Assembly: GCF_002113885.1 (NCBI RefSeq)
Contig: NW_018403913.1
Location: 67,990 to 131,989 of the forward strand
DNA length: 64,000 bases
Reading direction: 5' to 3'
Origin: Mizuhopecten yessoensis
Taxonomy: Eukaryota
Shown here one piece after another: positions 28,230 to 40,541 of the stretch (position 1 is the stretch's first letter; every line of letters begins with the position of its first letter). The notes below the pieces were generated by a model that saw nothing but the letters and a program-made list of their open reading frames with translations, was not told the DNA's origin and ran no database searches. Position numbers and translations under genes: made by a program.

Positions 28230-28418
28230 TCATTCGAATTCCCTAGCAAAGTTATCGACAGCAGGGGTATTTGAAATTGATTTTCCAGTTAATTGAGGTG
28301 GTCCTAAGCATTTCGGGTCGTTGGCAAGCAAAAGTACATTCGTGCTTTCATTAACAATATCAAGGCACCACCAGCAATGGCATTGCCAATAGGGACAACG
28401 TACAGAATAATAAGGTAA
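28230..28418 (-). pseudogene. Possible decayed leucine-rich-repeat C-terminal cap (LRRCT) remnant
   Basis: Met-less open frame ..CPYWQCHCWWCLD..DPKCLGPPQLTGKSI.. resembles LRRCT PWxCxC..CxxPxxLxG; no clean splice context. Confidence 0.3.
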
Positions 28419-29089
28419 TCAAACAGTGAGATGCAATGAGGTATTCACGGTGGACGATTTGCTAGGATTATTCAATATATTTATGAGGTGAATTGCGTTT
28501 GCTACTATATAGTATTCAATAAGAAAACGTAGCTGGACGGACTGTCGACCCGCTGGCCCAGGTGGCATATATCTAATAACTAAAATCCATATAAAGTAAC
28601 CAACGTGCTCTCATTTAACCGATGTTTGAGTTTGTGTTGCTTACAGAGTGTATGTGTCGATGAAATGTTGCATATTCGTTACAACAATATACTTCCTACA
28701 GACTTGAACATCAGGCTTACTTGTTTCTTTCCGACGGAATTTTTAAATGACCTGCAGAGCAGAATAAAACGGCATACTCATTTTTTTTAAATGCCTGGTA
28801 AATGAATTTTGTTTTAAGATCATCAGAGTAACCTCCCTTCCGTAGTGCTGACAAAAATAATTATTACAGATATTTGCTTTATAAATTTATATCCTTTATG
28901 TGCAATTATTATATTTTCAAACCTTATGTATGTTTTAAATATTTTATGTTCCAATATAAATGTGCATATTTACTTGTCATTGTTGACTTTAAATTTTAAC
29001 GAAGAACTAATATTGACTTCGTATCTTATCCTTTGACCTTTTACGATCGATGTTGTCCTTGCAAGTTGACGTTCTGTTAAATTTTGTCT

Positions 29090-29330
29090 TTGTGTGTTAA
29101 CACTACGGTACATTTGCGTATTTTATGATTGTTTATTGGCGCTGTGGCATGCATTGTCCTTTTTGATTGACGCTGGTGGTATGTTTTGTCACTGTGTGTT
29201 GATGCTGTGGATTTTTTTCATTTTTTTATTGATGCTGAAGTATATTCTTTCCTGGTGTATTTAGACTAAAGTACATATTTTACTTGTGTATTGAAGCTGC
29301 TGTACACTTCGTCCTTTTCTATTCAATGTT
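29090..29330. repeat. Old degenerate ~31-bp tandem repeat
   Basis: Recurrent TATTGATGCTG/TTGACGCTG motif at ~31-bp spacing. Confidence 0.5.
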
Positions 29331-31971
29331 TTAGTTTTTAAGCTATATTCGTAGTCGATATATTCACAATGCTATAGGATAAGCAATGCCTATAAACTAT
29401 TATATGTTTACACACATAGTGTAATTTATCAACAGGGAGTCTTATGATCAGATCATGTTCAATCATTTGATTTCTTTATCAACAAAACTCTTTTGTAAGT
29501 GTCGCTGATAGGGATTGAATATGGATCTTATGGTTTCTACCGATTAATCAAAAAGGAGATTGTTTAGAATAAAGCTAGTGAAGCGTTTCAATGTTTATCA
29601 CTCTGACACGTACATCCTATATTAGATTTACATGCTTTTATTTATGGTGTCCTTCAAGGTATACTTTTACATAAAAAAATGGATTTTTAAATTTTCAGCA
29701 GTTACCTCCCTTCATCCAACACAGTTATGATAGTTTAGATAAGTCACGAAAAACAAAAGATTTTACAAGTTCTATTATTATAATCAGTATTTGAAATAAT
29801 TATATATTTTTTAAATATCGCTATAAAGACATGATTTGTTTTACCTGACACTAAATGCAATAATGATGACCATATATTTTGTTTCAAATTATAATAATTC
29901 CAATTTTATGCCAAATAATTCATCTTTGAAGGTGATTAACGAACCATGTAGAGGATATTTACATCATATTTGAGTAGTTGATATCAAAACCTTCCGAAAG
30001 TTGATTCATGTGATAATAAGCTTAAAAATCCTACAATATATTTTATTTGATTATTGAGGTGGTTTTTTTAGCGTCGTCATAACGAAATATAGTATATTGT
30101 TGGTATAAGTTTGTTGAACCCTACATATTAGAAAAACGCTATTTGTAACAAATGCTCCGCTGATCATTTTTAAGCAGCTGAATTTTGGCCACAAAAGCTG
30201 TTATGGTGACCCTGTGAGTTCTTCGCACTAGCGAAGGTCACATTGTTACAATGACCCTCATAGAAATAAATTGTACTCACATACATATGGTCAAAATGTT
30301 AGATGCTGTATTATAACGTAAACAGGTACTAGACCTTGATGGTATTAATATGATTCTACATGGGGTAATTAAACGTAATTGGGATGAATTCAAGTCCGTA
30401 TAAAACTATCATATTGAAATAAATTATAATAATATATATATAATATTATAGCAAAAAAGTATCAAATTAATTTACTACGATATAGTCACACGAATTCTTG
30501 AAAATAGAATATGGTCCAATAACTCTTTGCTTTTTATCGATTACATTTTTTATAATTTCGCGTTAATGTTAGCAAAGTCAAATGAACTTGTTCGTGTTAG
30601 ATGTTTCCGGGTGTGACCGGTTTGATGTCGGTTCATGAAACAATTGTTAGCGATGTATACGTTTTTATTTGATATCTGCAGTTTTGTCAATCGATCGAAA
30701 CAGAATATTGTATAGAATGCTGGAAAACACATCAAACCAGACCACATCAGTATTTTTGGGCTCGTGTGCACATGCGCTAGCGAGCATTCTGATAAATCAA
30801 GAGTACAATTACCCTGCAGTAAATAGTTTATCATCAGTATCGTGTTAAAGTATCTGTTAGCTAGATCAATATATATGATGCTGGTTTTTTGAAATGTTGT
30901 CCTAACTTGACCTATTTGTGAAATTCCAGTCATACGTGCTCTATAAATACATGTAGTAACAATTTGTGAAAACCAGAGATGTTGTATTGCAAAAAGACGT
31001 TAAGTTGACACTGCTGACAATGTCAGTGAAAACCAGAGAAACAGAGTGTGTGGATAAGGGTATTGCATACCATATGAGGACATTAGGTTGACAGTGCTGA
31101 CAATGGGAGTGGTGCTAAAGTTAACAGTGTGGCAGGTTAAGAGAGGAGAATCGACCGTACTACATTGGTGGGTCTTAATTAAGTGTAAACCAAATATGAC
31201 ACCGAGTTCAAAAAGAATGTTATTTATAAAAGACAAACTAGTCTACACAAACATTAGATTGATCAGTAAGTCACGTATGCGCAGCGAATCCCAAATAAAT
31301 CGCGCATAAGGGAAAAGGTAATTAAATGTCCTTGCTCAGAGGAAGGAAGGGTGCGAAAAAATTAAGAATTGAATATCAATCACCCCGTCGTAGACTAAAG
31401 GCAACCCACAAAACGAGCATGTGCAAACTCATTTTTATCTTGAAACAAAATATTGTGTCTGTAAACACTTATCAACGTACTTCGTATCGTACAACGCTAC
31501 ACAAAATTGTCAAAAAAGCGCGAGTCAACACGGCCATGGACCTCATGTTTACTCATCGGACAGTCGATGCCATTAATCTTAATCCGAAGCTTATGTAATC
31601 ACACAAACAAAATGTATTGGAATATTTATTGAAAAAACAAGGGATTAACAGGAGTGTTTGTTCTGGACGGAAATAATACAAAAGAGTATTTACTACATAG
31701 TTTACTTTAAATTAGAAGTAATAATAATATATTGTTATAGTCTAATAATACACATTTCTATAAAGACATCATCAACAGAATCAATAAGCATATTACTCTA
31801 TTTGTAAGCTTTATTTAGAATATCTTGAATCTGTTTTCATATTTGCTTAGCATTGTTTGATTGATGTTTATTTGCATGGACATAAATATCACAGTTGGTC
31901 ACACATAAACAAAAAATGATTGAAACTCCACGATACTGCGTGAAATCACTAGCAATACATTATCACTGCCA

Positions 31972-32022
31972 TCAACGGGAACACATCCACAACAGGAGGA
32001 AGGCCGAGATCACTTCTAGTAC
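31972..32022 (-). CDS. Gene 1 last coding exon, hydrophobic GPI-signal-like tail
   Basis: TTTTACAG acceptor; VLEVISAFLLLWMCSR*; minus-strand AATAAA at ~31867, ~31810 and ~31625. Confidence 0.75.
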   Translation of the reverse strand, partial: VLEVISAFLLLWMCSR

Positions 32023-35000
32023 CTGTAAAAGTATGTAAAATATGTTTATATAACAAATTAAAATATTCTTCATGTATAAGAATTCAGGTTAGATATGTTG
32101 ATTACATTTAAAATAAATAAGGAAGGAAAAAACAATCAATAGTAATGAAAAAACAATGAAGAGAAGTGTCTTCGTTAATTGCCTATCGACATGATTGTAG
32201 TTATGTTTCGTGCTTAATGTTTTTATTCAAATATGCTAAGAAACTTTGGGTAACCACATTATCAATAATGGGAGACAAGTGACAGGTTTAAATCATCTGA
32301 TATTTTAAATTATACGCCGCTCTGTTAATCAGTGTCTGCCCGTTACGAATAACCTCATCACTTTATATATAAATAAATGATTATTTAACAATTTAATTAA
32401 TGAAAATGCTTTGGGAAATAACGAACATTATTCCTTTCTTATGCTAGTTTTTCAACATAAAATACATATCTCAAAAAACGTCAGCGTACTTTGTAACCGG
32501 TTCAAACACCCATCAAATACTGTATCGCATCTATCAATAATGAGTAAATAGCCAATTAATAAGTTCTTCATTTTAAGTAATTTAAAACACATATTAAGGC
32601 TGAACCTGGACTAAAAATACCTACAAAACATTTAAAAAAAAAAAAAAAAAAATGAACGATTCAATTGGGGCAAGGGAAGTAGTTCTATTAATAGATTGTT
32701 AGATTTTTTTGTCAGAAGTTTTTAATTTAATTAAAGAAAACCAATTTACATCTTAATTAATTTGTTTCTTTGTAATCAATGCAAACAAGTTATTCATCTT
32801 ACTGGAACGACGAATTATAGTGAGTGATGACAATATGAATTGCTGTGCAGTTCATAGAACTTGTGTCAAGACCCACTGAGGTTTATATCCAATAAACCTC
32901 AATAAAGCAGGATTCAATTCACCTTATCTGAACCTTTCCTCTAATTCTCTACTTACGGTGTTGGTTTGCAAATGACATCCGCTGTTATGACCAAACGTGC
33001 CGTTATTTGCAATGCAATCGATGTCTGTAATGTTGGAAAGTAAGAGGTTTAGACAAAAATCATGCTATTTATATGAATTTATCAAGTTCGAATATGTACC
33101 CTCTTCTTTATTATGAAAAATTCACAAAATATTCACTAAAAAGACGTGGTGTTTAAAAAGTCTGCACGTAAAGGAAAATCAAATGACATATCTAATATAA
33201 TAATATATTAATAATGTTCCCGAAAACAGGCACTGATTGAGAGAAATACATTGTATTTATTTATTTCAGACGTATTTATTGACTGTTCTTTAGAAGTTGT
33301 CCAAACTCACAATCGATAAAAAGTAGGGTGAACTATGTAAGAAGGTAAGATCTAATTGGAAACCCTTGAAAGGTACAACGAGAAAAAGAACTTGTGTTCC
33401 GGAAGGGAAAGTGTCTTCTGCTTCACTAACGACATCTGTCGTTTAAATCTAGAAATAATTTCTCCCATGCCAGAGCAATCTGATTGGACGGAAATCTTGT
33501 ATATCGCTTGCGAAATCATTTGGTAAGAAAGTAATACAAGATCCAGGTATGCTTATCGTACGTACCATTCTCAACGTTTCCAAAGCAGTACCTCTCTGGA
33601 CAGGTAGTCCTAGCCTTGAGCTCATAGGCATAATACGACTGACAGTTGACGACTCTTATCTGAACTCTCTCTCCGCAGCAATCAGTTTCATTTCTCACGC
33701 ATGCGTTTCTTGTCACGATGCCGTCAGATGGCGTTGGATGCCGTTCTATCACAAAGGAGAGTCAGGATATAATCCAAAACAATTTCAATGATTCCATTTT
33801 AAATACTTGATGACAGATATAATCGCTAGACTGGATACACTGTCTGAAATAGCTTTGCCGATACACATGTTTTTTAATATTCAAAGATAATTATAGAATT
33901 AACCAGTTCTCTGTATGTTTTGGAACAAATTTGTTGGAAGATGCCTCTTATATTATATATTNNNNNNNNNNNNNNNNNNNNNNNNNNNNNNNNNNNNNNN
34001 NNNNNNNNNNNNNNNNNNNNNNNNNNNNNNNNNNNNNNNNNNNNNNNNNNNNNNNNNNNNNNNNNNNNNNNNNNNNNNNNNNNNNNNNNNNNNNNNGTGA
34101 TTTTTAATTGTTTTATCAAAAGCAAAGTTTAGGTGATTATTGTGAGAAAGCATTATTTTATATATCGGAAATACCTTCGAGCCAGATCGGCGAAGGTTAT
34201 TCATTCATTCATTCATTCTTTCATTCATTCATTCTTTCATTCATATTCATTCATTCATTCATTTGATTTTTATTCTTAATGTGATTTTTTATTTGTTTTA
34301 TCAAAAGCAAAGTTTAGGTGATTATTGTGAGAAAGCATTATTTTATATATCGGAAATCCCTTCGAGCCAGATCGGCGAAGTCGCGCCGCAGTATCCGGGA
34401 CGTGGACACTTGTCAGACATTTTAAGCCCGGTGCCATCACTCCCATGTTTGTTCACACGGTACCATCCATTAATGTTGTTGTCACACAGATCCATTCGAG
34501 AACACGTAGGAGCCCTGTGTCCATCGTCTACTAGCTCCTCACGGTCAATATCCACACACGGATCTTCAATGACAAAATTATGTGACATCCTGCGTCGTAA
34601 ACATTGATTGCCTTCTATAGATCGTAATTACGCAAAAACATACTTATATATTTTATTTTCCCGATATTTATGACGTTCTAAACGAAGAATTGAACTGTTA
34701 ACAAGAACATAAATGTAGTAGAGGTTACTTTTTATTTCACTTTGTACTTAATTAGGTTTATAATCCTATATTTCGGAGAGCATATTTGTGAAGACGTTTT
34801 AGCATGCAACGTAATTAATAAGGCATTGCTACTTTGACAAACTTCAACAGTAAATAGTGTTTATAAGACGTATATATGTTAATTAATATTTTTTCTAAAG
34901 TGTTTTTTATTTGAGTTTTGATTCCACCGAGATCCAAGAATAATCTTTGTGCCCACCATAGTAAGATCGTCATTGTTTCTTCGTAAATTATATCTTTTCT

Positions 35001-38000
35001 TTAATCTGTTGAAGTTGAGTCATGTCAACAAAACAATCTAATGCAACTGGTGGTAACTTTATGCTGTTGTATTTCATATTGTCTTTTCAACGCGAGGTTG
35101 TGAGATTTCGAGAAAGACCTGTCAAGTACTTCTTACAAACCCCTACTTTCAAAATCAATGATGGTAGCTTGGCAATCATATTGTTTCTACGACCAGTCTT
35201 AAAATCGGGAAAATGTATAACTAAGAAACTAAGACAAAAGAAAATATTTACGTTAAAATTATGAAAGCTCTGTAAATTACTACTTGTAGCATAGCGATGT
35301 CAGTCTTTGATATTTATATATTTCGTTGGTTTATTAAATAAATTGTTCTAACGTTTACATTTTAAAGTCTCGTTATTTTACTTTGACATTAATCTGACAT
35401 ACAGTTACATGTTTTCCCAAGTACATACCTGTTGGTGGACATGGCACATTTTCACCTACAAATAAAATGTAATTCATGATAATTACCACTGATGTTCTAT
35501 AAGTGAAATCCACATCCCATTCTAAACCTTTGAGTTTGTTTAAATGTCAGTAAATGTTTTACAAATATTTAAGGAAAGGAAAATCAAATAACATATCTAA
35601 TAAAATATTAATATTGTTCCCGAAAACAGGCACTGATTGAGAAAATACAGTGTATTTATTAATTTCAGGCGTATTTATAAACTGTTTTTTAGAAGTTATC
35701 CAAACTCACAATCGATAAAAAGTAGGATGAACTATGTAAGAAGGCAAGATCTAGTTGGAAAACCTTGAAAGGTACAACGAGAAAAAGAACTTGTGTTCCG
35801 GAAGGGAAAGCGTCTTCTGCTTCACTAACGACATCTGTCGTTTAAATCTAGAAATAATTTCTCCAATGCGAGATAATCTGATTGGACGGAAATCTTGTAT
35901 ATTGCTTGCGAAATCATTTGGTAAGAAAGTAATACAAGAATCCAGGTATGCTTGTCGTACGTACCATTCTCAACGTTTCCAAAGCAGTACCTCTCTGGAC
36001 AGGTAGTCCTAGCCTTGAGCTCATAGGCATAATACGACTGACAGTTGACGACTCTTATCTGAACTCTCTCTCCGCAACAATCCGTTTCATTTCGTACACA
36101 TGCGTTTCTTGTCACGATGCCGTCAGAGCGCGATGGATGCCGTTCTATCAAAAAGGAGAGTCAGGATATAATCCAAAACAATTTCAATGATTCCATTTCA
36201 AATACTTGATTACAGATATAATCGCTAGACTGGATACACTGTCTCAAATAGCTTTCCCAATACACATATGTTTCAATATACTAAGATAATTATAGAATTA
36301 ACCAGTTCTCTGTATGTTTTGGAACAAATTTGTTGAATGATAGCTCTAACATTATATATTTTTTATCATTCATTTCATTCACTCTTTCATTAATTCATAT
36401 TTTCTTCCATTCATTCATTCATTCATTTTTTTTAAAAATATTTATTGTGATTTTTTATTTGTTTTATCAAAAGCAAAGTTTAGGTGCTTATTGTGAGAAA
36501 GCATTATTTTAAAAGAGCGAAAATACCTTCGAGCCAGATCGGCGAAGTCGCGCCGCAGTATCCGGGACGTGGACACTTGTCGGACATTTTAAGCCCGGTG
36601 CCATTACTCCCATGTTTGTTCACACGGTACCATCCATTAATGTTGTTGTCACACAGATCCATTCGAGAACACGTAGGAGCCCTGTGTCCATCGTCTACTA
36701 GCTCCTCACGGTCAATATCAACACACGGATCTTCAATGACAAAATTATGTGACATCCTGCGTCGTAAACATTGATTGCCTTCTATAGATCGTAATTACGC
36801 AAAAACATACTTATATATTTCATTTTCCCGATATTTATGACGTTCTGAACAAAGAATTGAATTGTTAACAAGACCATAAATGTAGTAGAGGTTTCTTTTT
36901 ATTTCACTTTGTACTTAATAAGGTTTAGAATCTTTTGTTTCAGAGAGCATATGTGTGAAGACGTTTAAGCGTGCAAGGTCATTAATAAGGCATTGCTACT
37001 TAGACAAACTTCAACAGTTAATAGTGTTTATAAGACGTATATATATGTGAAATAAAAAAAATCTAAAGTGTTTTTTATTTGAGTTTTGATTCCGTCGTTA
37101 AAAAAAACAATATCCAAGAGTAATCTTTGTACCCATTATCGTAAGATCGTCATTGTTTCTTCGTAAATTATATCTTTTCTTTAATCTGTTGGAGTTGAGT
37201 CATGTCAACAAAACAATCTAATGCAACTGGTGGTAACTTTATGCTGTTGTATTTGATATTGTCTTTTCAAAGTGAGATTGTGAGATTTCGAGAAAGACCT
37301 GTCAAGTACTTCTTGCAAACCTCTTCTTTCAAAATCAATGATGGTAGCTTGGCAATCATTTTGTTTCTACGACCAGTCTTAAAATCGGGAAAATGTATAA
37401 CTAAGAAACTAAGACAAAAGAAAACATTTATGTTAAAATTATGAAAGCTCTGTAAATTACTACTTGTAGCATAGCGATGTCAGTCTTTGATAATTATATA
37501 TACCGTTGGTTTACTAAATAAATTGTTCTAACGTTTACATTTTAGAGTCTAGTTATTTTACTTTGACATTAATCTGACATACAGTTACATGTTTTCCCAA
37601 GTACATACCTGTTGGTGGACATGGCACATTTTCACCTACAAATAAAATGTAATTCATGATAATTACCACTGATTCTCTATAAATGAAATCCACATCCCAT
37701 TCTAAACATTTGAGTTTGTTTAAATGCCAGTAAATATTTTACAAATATTGACTGACGACCATAAATGGTGTTGTGCAAAATTTAGACCCTCCCAAGAAGT
37801 AAAGAAAAAGAACGGAAACGGTAATGTTCAATACCGCAAAATACAAAGCTAAATATCACATTTCATATGTTTACTTTCACATATGCATACGTACTTACAC
37901 ACATACAACTGTAATTTTATTGAGAGAAATGAGGCATTATCTATCTTTTTATTTATTTATTTCTGTCATTACGCAACTTAGATAGTTACTTCCAAATATT

Positions 38001-40508
38001 ATGCTCTTTTTAACCATCGTTATTAGTTCGATATTATGTCTTACATTGTGAAAAAATGCCAGGATAATATATGTATGAGATATAATCAATTAGTAAACTT
38101 TGGTAAGAGTGGCTTTAATTTAATAACGATAAATGATACGTTTCTTACCAAAGCAGTAGGCCATTTCCAATCCAGTTGTTTTTTGTAATTTGTAGACATT
38201 AAATGCACTGCAGTTTTTCACCTGTATTTTGTATTCTTCCTGGCATTTCATCGTTGGACCTGTCATACACGCTGTCCTGTTAACTGTCACACCAGTGTCT
38301 GGATGTGTACCTGAAAAGAGAACATAATGTTTATTTAACCTCATATTTCAATGTATTATGATAGATGTGGCTATTAGAAACATTTTATATATCAAAAGCC
38401 ATACGTTTTATGATATTTTAGAAAGGGGAAAAGGGCAACCTTTTTAAATCGAACTGTTTCAAATCATGAATTTGCAGCTAAACGGTATCTTTCGTAACGT
38501 TGGCATATAAAACGTATCAGAAATTTAAATAATTCCTGCAAACAAAGTTATATACAATTTGTCTGGAGTAGAAATAACTAGCTTTAAGGAATAAAAGTGC
38601 AATTTGCAAATTTACTTTATACTTAGATATATATCCAATATTTTAATTAATCGCTAATGAAATACATCATTAGACTAATAATACGTAGAATAAGTGAATG
38701 AAAGAATGTAGAATGATCAAGAATTATCTCTAATATTAAAAACGAATATTGTAAATAAGGAAACTACTTAGGTAAATTTCATTTAAATATTTTATGCTAT
38801 ATTTCTCCCTTGCAAATATTACTTACTATATTTCATTCATTTATTTATCCTAATATCAATCATTCATCTAGTCCTATAAAAAAAATGTAAACATTGAATT
38901 GATTACAATATGTCGTGTTTAACATAATTGAACAACTACATATAGTTTACTTAGATACAGATTTAAAACATATTCTGTTTATATTATGACTTACGTTAAT
39001 CCATCGTTAAAACTCTTATCAAAAGTGTCGCAGTTTTTATTGGTTGATTTATTGCATTGTACATGTAACCACGAACGCACAAATAAAACGGATAAAATCA
39101 CAATAGCAGTAAGATATTTTTTAAAATAAGGTTCAAGACAAAAATGTCAAGTGTTTTAACTGATGTTGATGTGATAAGAATAATAAGTATTAACATTAAG
39201 TAATTGTATCGTACTGGCAGGCGCGTAGCTGCCACGTAAGCAAATAAGCAGTTGCATGCACATACAAAATTTAAATATACTATTATATTTTTATTTATTT
39301 ATTTTGTAGTTCGGAAAAGTGATTAAATGATGTGTGGTTCATTTGAAAAATATATTAAATTTAACTGTATAACCGACAGCCGACAATCAGTACGCATCCC
39401 GAAGTTCCAACCTATAGGGTACCTGGTGCCGATTTTATTATTAGTATTTTTTAAGTTGTCAACATCGGAAACATGACTGCAAAGCCAACGAAAAACCCGC
39501 ATCATCTTCGAATAACAAGTTTATACATGACTTCTTCCAAGCAGCTGTAGGTTCACATGAAACAACATCCTCTTGCGACATTAACTTAGACATCGACGAG
39601 TCTAAAATGGCTATTTGTATTAGGGCCTAGTAATGCCGGACCGACCGAACACAGTTCTGATCAGTCTGACTGTTGTTACCTCTGATATCGGGAAAACAAG
39701 CGAGGGCGATATTTGTCTTACTTAAGTGAAGGTGGATTTCGATATCCTGTCAAAAAGATGGGAAAAAGCTCACGAGTTCAAATTCCATCCACGGCAACAT
39801 TTTAACAAACGATGGTCATAAAATACAGCTAAGTCAACGGAGGCGGGTTGTTTTTCCGGAATGGATGTATTTTTGTGTATATTTTTTTCACCAATTAAAG
39901 GTCTTCCGAATAACAATTGTAGATTGATTTGTTACTAGCATTGTTGTTATAGGTCTTAGGGCGGATATATGCGCGGATAGGATCCATCTGAGTTTTACAT
40001 TCACTTCGCCTGCAAATGTAATATGAAAAAGGCAAAGCCCCAAAGCCAGAAAAAAAGCCACGTACTTGTAGCTTTTGCTAATCTTTGACATTATATAGGC
40101 CTTCATTTGTCCCTGTCATGAACTAATTAAGTATTTTTTTAAGAGTAGTCCTGGGCCTATCTTCGGTAGGGCTACTGGATATATATGTATACATATATCT
40201 AAACATCGATATAGGAGCTAGCGTTATCTTAGGTTCTGAGAAATGTTGATGATATAAAGAGGATTTGGGGGACACAACAGCAAAAAATCTGAAATTAACC
40301 TGTTCATATTGCCTCCGACATTTTAAATATCTAGTTAATTAAGATTCATCAGGAAAGAGATATGACGCAACGGATATTTTCGGGTAATTCCAACAATCGA
40401 CACATTTTTGTCGGAGAGAAAAAGGAGAAAAAAGAGCTCAAATATGTATCTAAAAAGCCACCAGATGGCACGATAGTGCTTCTAGATATCTAGATATCTA
40501 AAAAAAAT

Positions 40509-40541
<33 letters not shown>

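Larger units (their letters stand above)
33171..37749. repeat. Tandem duplication of a ~2.2-2.4 kb three-exon module (copy B 33171-35569, copy A 35576-37749)
   Basis: Both copies start AAGGAAAATCAAAT.ACATATCTAAT and end TTTTACAAATATT; exons and introns colinear with scattered differences. Confidence 0.92.

Noticed and set aside
40511-40540. Long poly-G (also poly-C at 46384-46406) as functional G-quadruplex
   Set aside because: Lies in TE subterminal or UTR sequence, and homopolymer length is unreliable in draft assemblies
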